From NCBI GenBank assembly GCA_965207065.1, contig OZ242260.1, positions 3,136,001 to 3,200,000 on the forward strand: a stretch of DNA of 64,000 bases, written 5' to 3'. The notes beneath the pieces are model-generated. The model ran no database searches and had not been told where the DNA came from. It saw nothing but the letters and a program-made list of their open reading frames with translations. Positions 58,628 to 64,000 of this stretch are shown here, in pieces; position 1 is the stretch's first letter, and each line of letters begins with the position of its first letter. The stretch is from a bacterium (GTDB lineage Bacteria; UBA8248). The position numbers were made by a program, and so were the translations under genes.

Positions 58628-59370
58628 TGCGCGGCCCTCAATCGCGAGGTTTCGAGCACCGCCACGACGATTCGTCCGCCCGAGGGACCGCTCGCAGACT
58701 CCGCCGCCCAGAACGCGGCCGCGCCCGGTGCGAGGTGTTGCATCATGGCTTGGTTGTCGTCCCCAGGGATGGAATCCATCTCGTACACGCGCGCCGTGAA
58801 CCGCCGCCCGCGCCAGGTTTCCAGGAGCGCCGAGGCCTCTGAACGTGACGTTTCGGATGGCGTGTGAATCACATAGCCCGGCAAGACTTCACGCAGCGCC
58901 ACAGCGCGCACCAGCGCCACGAGCGCGCCCACGCGGCCTTCGCGGGGAGCGGGGCTTTCCGCCCGGGGCGCCGCGGCGGCGTTTCTGATCAGTATCTGCG
59001 CCGAGCCCCGCGCGGCGGTCCGGAGCCTCAGCCGGTAGGTGAAGCCCTTCGCCGTCCCGATGAAGAGCGTAAGCGCCTCCCGCGCAGGGGCGGTTGATTC
59101 CAGGGGCCGCAGGTAGAGGTCCCCGCGCGACTTGTCGTGTTCGAGCGCAAAACCGTCCGGCCCCCGGACCACGCGCGCCACCCGATCATCGGCCAGCGTT
59201 ACCCGGCTCACCGAACGGTCCGATATCTCGGCTTCGAGTTCCGCGCCGTCTGCGGCGACCAGTATCTGCATTGCGGACGCCGGCGCCGCCCAGATAAAGA
59301 TCGCGGCCAGGAGCAGCGTCCGAATCAGCGCGCGAGGGATGGCGTTCCCCCTTCTCGTCAATTGCGTCAT
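58624..59370 (-). CDS. traK: TraK (secretin-like)
   Basis: Signal peptide, GDLYLRP, TLFIGT.KGFTY. Lies between traE and traB. Confidence 0.85.
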   Translation of the reverse strand: MTQLTRRGNAIPRALIRTLLLAAIFIWAAPASAMQILVAADGAELEAEISDRSVSRVTLADDRVARVVRGPDGFALEHDKSRGDLYLRPLESTAPAREALTLFIGTAKGFTYRLRLRTAARGSAQILIRNAAAAPRAESPAPREGRVGALVALVRAVALREVLPGYVIHTPSETSRSEASALLETWRGRRFTARVYEMDSIPGDDNQAMMQHLAPGAAAFWAAESASGPSGGRIVVAVLETSRLRAAQ

Positions 59371-59924
59371 TTCTTCTCCTCCAGTTCCTCGAAACGAAGC
59401 AGGCCGATCCGGCCCGCGTCCACGCGGAAGGACAACCGGTAGCGCTTCCGCTCGCGCGAGACCGGCTCGCGCCCCACCCAGGTCGCGAGTTCCCCGCCCA
59501 CGACGACCGTCAGCCTCCCCGGGTCCGCCTCGATCCGCCCGGGGTAGAACGCCGTCGAAAGGTCGCGCCGCGCCATGCGCCCGGCCTCGGCCGCGACCCA
59601 GGCGCCGATGGCGCCCCGCGCGGAGGCGTGGGCGAGCCGCGCCGCCGCTTCGCGGGCGTGCTCCGCGTTCTCGGGCGTGAGCGTAAGCAGCGTCACCGCC
59701 ACGGTCCGTCCCATGTCCTCGAGGTAGCGGAGCCCCGCCCGCCCGCCGCCGACCTCCCATGCCGGTCCCGCGACCGCGGGCACCAGCACCGTCATGCGCT
59801 CCACCGAGGCGAGGCCTATGCTCAGAGCGAGGTTGGCCAGGAGCGAGAGGCCGAGCAGCGCCGCCAGCGCCGCGCGCGCGTCCCGAACGCGCCTGCGCTC
59901 GGTTTCCATCAATTCCCGTCTCAT
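59367..59924 (-). CDS. traE: TraE
   Basis: TVLVP, YLEDMG..LTLTPEN, STAFYP. Confidence 0.88.
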   Translation of the reverse strand: MRRELMETERRRVRDARAALAALLGLSLLANLALSIGLASVERMTVLVPAVAGPAWEVGGGRAGLRYLEDMGRTVAVTLLTLTPENAEHAREAAARLAHASARGAIGAWVAAEAGRMARRDLSTAFYPGRIEADPGRLTVVVGGELATWVGREPVSRERKRYRLSFRVDAGRIGLLRFEELEEKK

Positions 59925-59934
59925 CAAAACCTCC

Positions 59935-60228
59935 TCATCCGATGAAGCGGCGCAGGTGGCTCGCCGGCGCGCCCCTGAACCCGAGCGCGAAACCGGGCAG
60001 GAACCAGTAGAGCGCGCAGATCGCGACATCCGCCCCGCCGCCCCGCTTGGCCCGGCGCAGGAGCGCCCAGCCCGCAAGTCCGGTCAACAACCCCGTCAGG
60101 AAGGCGTTCGCCGCCAGTCCCAGCAATGCCGGTCCCAGGAGCGCCGCCGCCTCGTCCAGGGTCCAGAACAGCCAGCGTTCCGGGTCGTCGAGGCGCGAGG
60201 GGATCGCGTGCTTGGCCTGATCGCTCAT
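59935..60228 (-). CDS. traL: TraL
   Basis: IPSRLDDPER..WTLDE, LYWFLP, PASHLRRFIG. Confidence 0.92.
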   Translation of the reverse strand: MSDQAKHAIPSRLDDPERWLFWTLDEAAALLGPALLGLAANAFLTGLLTGLAGWALLRRAKRGGGADVAICALYWFLPGFALGFRGAPASHLRRFIG

Positions 60229-60237
60229 ACGTCCCCC

Positions 60238-60537
60238 TCATATGATCGCCGTGCCGACGAGCCCGGTGACGATGCCGGTGCCCGCGCCCGCCGCGATGCC
60301 CACGCCGACGGCGCCCGCGAGCTGGGCTGCGTTGAAGCGAAGCACCGAACCCACAAGGGCGGCGCCCACGGCGAGCGCTGCCGCGAGCTGTCCGCCCGTG
60401 CCCGAGACCATCCCGGTCACCGTGCCGAGCGGACCCGAGAACGTCGTGTCCGTCGTCGCCCAGGCGGCGTCGAATCCCCACAGCGCCCAGAGGAGCGCGG
60501 CGAGGGCGCACCTGCTCAGGAAAGAAACTCTCTTCAT
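60238..60537 (-). CDS. traA: Conjugative pilin TraA
   Basis: Leader ending AWA, two hydrophobic helices, directly upstream of traL. Confidence 0.75.
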   Translation of the reverse strand: MKRVSFLSRCALAALLWALWGFDAAWATTDTTFSGPLGTVTGMVSGTGGQLAAALAVGAALVGSVLRFNAAQLAGAVGVGIAAGAGTGIVTGLVGTAII

Positions 60538-60752
60538 CGCGCGACCCTCCCTCCGTCGTCGGACGTCGATTTCCGCCGACGCGCCGAGGCCCACGCCTCG
60601 AGGTCTGCGAGCAGGTAGCGCACCCGGGCGCCGAAGCGGTGGAAGACCGGCCCGTCGCCGGTCACGCGGTAGCGGTCCAGCGTCCTCGGCGAAAGGCCGA
60701 GCCACTCCGCCGCCTGCCGCGTGCTCAGGTAGTTCCTGGCGTTCTCGTTCAT
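60534..60752 (-). CDS. AlpA/excisionase-like HTH protein
   Basis: YLSTRQAAEWLGLSPRTLDRYR..GPVFHRFGARVRY. Confidence 0.88.
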   Translation of the reverse strand: MNENARNYLSTRQAAEWLGLSPRTLDRYRVTGDGPVFHRFGARVRYLLADLEAWASARRRKSTSDDGGRVAR

Positions 60753-61179
60753 GCGAATCTCTCCTTTTTCGTGATCGGCCCCGCCGTCCGGGGCCCTTGT
60801 GTTGAATGCGCCGGGCGCCTCGTCCCGGCGAGTGGTTTCGGATCCGGGCGTCACAAGCCGCGAAAGAAGTCGACGCCGCATCCCGTTCGTCTTTCCAATG
60901 TCGTTTGTCCGGGTAAGTGAAATCTTCATGGCGAGCGAACATAAAGCAAAAACAACAGCGCTTCAATCATCAAGGTTTGTGCTCCAGTAACGTTCTCACC
61001 GGGTTCGCGCCCGCCTCCACGAAACGCTGCGCAGTGATGCGACAATAAAAAAATTCAGGTTTCCCCCGCGAAGGAGGGAAGGAATGGAGAGCGGTAGGAC
61101 TTGCTGCGGAAAGCGTTGGAAAATCGACCGGGAACGTGCGAACGGGCGCGTCCGTTCTGGACCAGGCTCAATAATCTCC

Positions 61180-61893
61180 CTACCGCCCCTTCTTCTTCCG
61201 GGCGGCTCTCTCCTCGGACAGGGAAGTCCACCTCCGGGCGGAGGCCCACGCTTCGAGGTCTTCGAGGAGGTAGCGCACCCGTGCGCCGACGCGGCGGAAC
61301 TCCGGCCCCTCGCCGCTCAGGCGGTAGCGAGCGATCGTCTTGGGCGAGAGTCCCAGCCAGGCGGCCGCCTCCCGCGTGTCGAGACCCCGCGCGGCGGGCG
61401 GTTCTTCCAAGGCTGCGGGCGGGTCTCCCCTGGCGTCCCACGTCCCGTCGAAGGGGTCGTCAAGGTCCGCGAGCCTCTCGCGAACCGCGGGGATCTCCCC
61501 TTCCATCGCGTTGGCCGCCATCCAGGCGCGCACCCGGTCGAAGCTCCGAAGGTAGGGCGAGACGCCCCGGCGCAGGTTCCCCACGAAGGCGGGGTTCCTC
61601 ACCGCCTCCTCGCCCAGTATCGTGACCTTCGTCCCGCTCACTTCGATGAACACCTCGATCTCGGCCCGGAGGAGCGGTCCCAGGGGCGGGTACCCCATGA
61701 ACGCGAGCACCCGGTCCGCCGTGTCGACGCGCAGGGGCCGCCCCCGCGCCTGCAGGCCCACGAAGCCGGGAATGCCCAGCGCGCCCACCCCGAAGCGCCT
61801 CGCGCTCATCCCGCGGCGCTCGCGCCAGAGCGCGATGCTCCGGCGCATCCGCTCGTCCAGGGGCAAGGCGGTATCGTCGCCGAACGCGGTCAC
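61180..61893 (-). CDS. Regulator with two Cro-like repeats plus a C-terminal AlpA-like HTH
   Basis: Repeats MSARRFG..PGFV..RGR...DTADRV and TILGEEA..PAFV..LRRG...RSFDRV. C-terminus is paralogous to 60534-60752. Confidence 0.75.
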   Translation of the reverse strand: MTAFGDDTALPLDERMRRSIALWRERRGMSARRFGVGALGIPGFVGLQARGRPLRVDTADRVLAFMGYPPLGPLLRAEIEVFIEVSGTKVTILGEEAVRNPAFVGNLRRGVSPYLRSFDRVRAWMAANAMEGEIPAVRERLADLDDPFDGTWDARGDPPAALEEPPAARGLDTREAAAWLGLSPKTIARYRLSGEGPEFRRVGARVRYLLEDLEAWASARRWTSLSEERAARKKKGR

Positions 61894-61903
61894 GGCGCGC
61901 CCA

Positions 61904-63373
61904 TCAGAACAGCCGCCGCAACCCGACCCGGAACTGGAACAGATTCCGGTCGTAGAGCGGGATGGTCGAATCGGTCCGCGACCAGTCCAGCATCAGCACC
62001 GGCTGGTAGCCCTCCCAGGAGAGCTTGCGGTGGGAGAGCGTCAGGCCGGCGCTCAGCGTCTCGTCCTCGCGCCGGACGAGGAACGCCGCATCCTCCTCGT
62101 CGAACCGGAGGCCGCTCATCCCGAGCCGGACCGACCCGCTCCAGTCCTCCCCGATATCCGCCGCGTATTCGAGGTTTAGCCCACGCGAGCGCCAGCTCTG
62201 GCTGCGCAGGTCCGCGCTCGCGCGCGAGATCGTCCCGCGCGCCGTCAGCCGGCCGGGCCCGGCGCGGCGCGAGACGGAGAGCTCCAGGGACCGCCCGGCG
62301 GGGTCGGCCTCATCGGCCCGGTCGTCGTAGCGCGTGACCCAGAGGCGGGGCGAGACGCCCACGCGCCAGTCCGCGTCCAGCACCTGGTCCACCCGGACAC
62401 CGCCCCACCAGGTCGTCGACTCGCCGGATCCGCCCTGCATGCGCCGCTCCACCCCGACGTCCGCGCCGACCCGCCCGGGCCGGGGACGGCCGCCGAGCGG
62501 CGCCGCGTAGCCGACCCGCGGCCCGGCCGAGAGGCTGAGCCAGGTCCGGTCGTACTCGCTCGCGCCGATCGCCGTGTTGCGCGCCGCAGCCGCGCGCGCC
62601 TCGAACTGCACGCGCCCGTCCGCCGTCACCGTCTCCCGCCAGCCCACGCGCGCGCCCGTGCGCGCCACCCAGGCGGCGACCGGCCGCTCGTTCAGCCGGA
62701 ACTCCAGGTTGCCGAAGGCGGGTATCTGCACCGTATCGACCTCGGCGGCGTTGTTCACGTTGCCGTCGCGCCAGAATCCCAGATCGAGGTCGACCCGCAG
62801 GCGCTGGCGGGCGAGGATGCGGGAGAGGAACACTTCCACCTTGCGCCGCGCGTCGGCGGGGAGTTCCGGCGCGCGGCGCGCTTCGCGGAACAGCGCCCCC
62901 GCCTCGTCGTCCCGCCTCAGGGCGAACAGCGCCAGCGCGCGGTCGAGCCGGACCCGCAGGTTGTCCGGCCGCTCCTCGGCGAGCCGCGCCAGCACCCGCT
63001 CGGCCTGGGCGTGGCGCCCGCCCGCCAGCAAGGCCTGGGCGATCCCGAAGCGGAGATCCGCGTCGTCCGCGCCCTCGGGCAGCGCCTCCATGGCCCCCAT
63101 GAGCACCGCGAAGGCCGCGACGGGCTCTCCCGCCACTATCAGGCGCTCGGCCTGCGCCAGGGCCGCCTCGACGGGGTAGACTTGCGTTTCTTTCGGTGAT
63201 TTTTCCGGGGGAGACTCCGCCGCCTGCGCGCCGCTCCCCGGCCCGGCGCAGAAAAGCGCGACGGCGAGCGCCGCCGCGAACGCGGCGTACAACGCCTGGC
63301 GGCGCGGCAGGGCGGGGGCGCTTAAAAAGTCACCAGAGCACCGGAATGGGTTTCCCGACGTCATACGCGCCAT
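61904..63373 (-). CDS. Slam-family (type XI secretion) outer-membrane protein: TPR + beta-barrel
   Basis: Signal peptide, TPRs with PDNLRVRLDRA, DGNVNNA, alternating beta strands, STIPLYD..GLRRLF C-terminus. Confidence 0.85.
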   Translation of the reverse strand: MARMTSGNPFRCSGDFLSAPALPRRQALYAAFAAALAVALFCAGPGSGAQAAESPPEKSPKETQVYPVEAALAQAERLIVAGEPVAAFAVLMGAMEALPEGADDADLRFGIAQALLAGGRHAQAERVLARLAEERPDNLRVRLDRALALFALRRDDEAGALFREARRAPELPADARRKVEVFLSRILARQRLRVDLDLGFWRDGNVNNAAEVDTVQIPAFGNLEFRLNERPVAAWVARTGARVGWRETVTADGRVQFEARAAAARNTAIGASEYDRTWLSLSAGPRVGYAAPLGGRPRPGRVGADVGVERRMQGGSGESTTWWGGVRVDQVLDADWRVGVSPRLWVTRYDDRADEADPAGRSLELSVSRRAGPGRLTARGTISRASADLRSQSWRSRGLNLEYAADIGEDWSGSVRLGMSGLRFDEEDAAFLVRREDETLSAGLTLSHRKLSWEGYQPVLMLDWSRTDSTIPLYDRNLFQFRVGLRRLF

Positions 63374-63578
63374 CAGACCACTCCCTCCCCGAGGGGGTTG
63401 TTGAAAACCCTCAAGGGAGGAGGGTATTCCGATCATCGAATCGTTCACCGCAGCGGACAGGCCCCCGCGCCTGTCCGAGGCCGCGACCTGTCCCTACAAT
63501 TGGCGGGGCGGTTTTGTTCGCCTGTTCCGGCGGCGCAATCGCTCTCTCCGGTCGGGTTTGACAAGTGAAACGCTTCCC

Positions 63579-64000
63579 TTACTTGGTGGCGACGAAGCCG
63601 CCCGTAAATTTCGAGGCCCTGTCGCTCCCGTTGATCTCGAACACCGCGCCGACCGTGTCGACGATGTCCGTGTTGGCGTCGTTGTCGTTGTCCTGCTTGC
63701 GGAACTGTCCCTGGATCTTGCGCGTGGTGGTGGTTTCCGAAAAGCTGCCGCCCGAGACCGTCAGTCCGGTCCATGACTGGTTCGTGAAGGTGACCGGCCC
63801 GAAACCATCATCATTTGAGTGATCTGATCCTTGGGTAAGCGTCGTGGCTTTGAGGTTGGTGAGCGACACGGCCGCCGTTACCGCGCCCCCACTGAGCGTG
63901 GCGGTCACGCTCGCGTCGCCGCCGATCAACTCTCCCCGAACCGCGATGTCGTTCACGTCGTCCGCGGCCGCGATGACCTTGCCTGTGAACGTGGCCGTCA
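63579..64000 (-). CDS. TbpB-like beta-barrel surface protein, 5' part outside the window
   Basis: ATFTG..., IQGQF..TVGAVFEI..FTGGFVATK. Directly upstream of Slam. Confidence 0.65.
   Translation of the reverse strand, partial: TATFTGKVIAAADDVNDIAVRGELIGGDASVTATLSGGAVTAAVSLTNLKATTLTQGSDHSNDDGFGPVTFTNQSWTGLTVSGGSFSETTTTRKIQGQFRKQDNDNDANTDIVDTVGAVFEINGSDRASKFTGGFVATK

Noticed and set aside
1-64000. CRISPR array, tRNA/rRNA genes, integron attC array, replication initiator
   Set aside because: No regularly spaced repeat-spacer units, RNA gene signatures, attC-like sites or rep gene were seen by eye

Overview
The window is one conjugative mobile element. Plasmid versus ICE cannot be decided because no rep gene or intact integrase is in view. 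There are four parts. (1) 0.1-18.5 kb: a GC-rich, mostly + strand leading-region/backbone block with a ParB-like protein, GHKL ATPase, DUF2958, methyltransferase-strawberry-notch helicase, TOPRIM primase-like protein, ssb, DUF4326 and DUF2493/SLOG. It is interrupted by a lower-GC RIT element (three tyrosine recombinases, 89-bp inverted repeats) whose empty target site can be rebuilt from the sequence. (2) 18.6-19.5 kb: a probable oriT/relaxosome region with palindromes and an RHH gene. (3) 19.6-38.6 kb: lower-GC cargo. This holds a defence cluster (ART-like protein, integrase relic, DUF1156-type methylase with PD-(D/E)XK nuclease, GmrSD-like nuclease, SIR2-NTPase-TPR protein), a LuxR/surface-lipoprotein/Sel1-protease module and an AbiE toxin-antitoxin pair. 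Three direct copies of an unannotated non-coding site separate these modules. (4) 38.6-64 kb, minus strand: MOBF relaxase, coupling protein and an F-type tra operon, headed by two AlpA-like HTH genes and a Slam (type XI secretion) exporter with a TbpB-like substrate. The most novel-looking signals are the repeated cargo-boundary site, the Slam system in line with a tra operon carrying a short TraN, the hairpin-rich RIT ends, and small unannotated proteins or motifs in the leading region. All calls come from motif recognition by eye; no searches were run.
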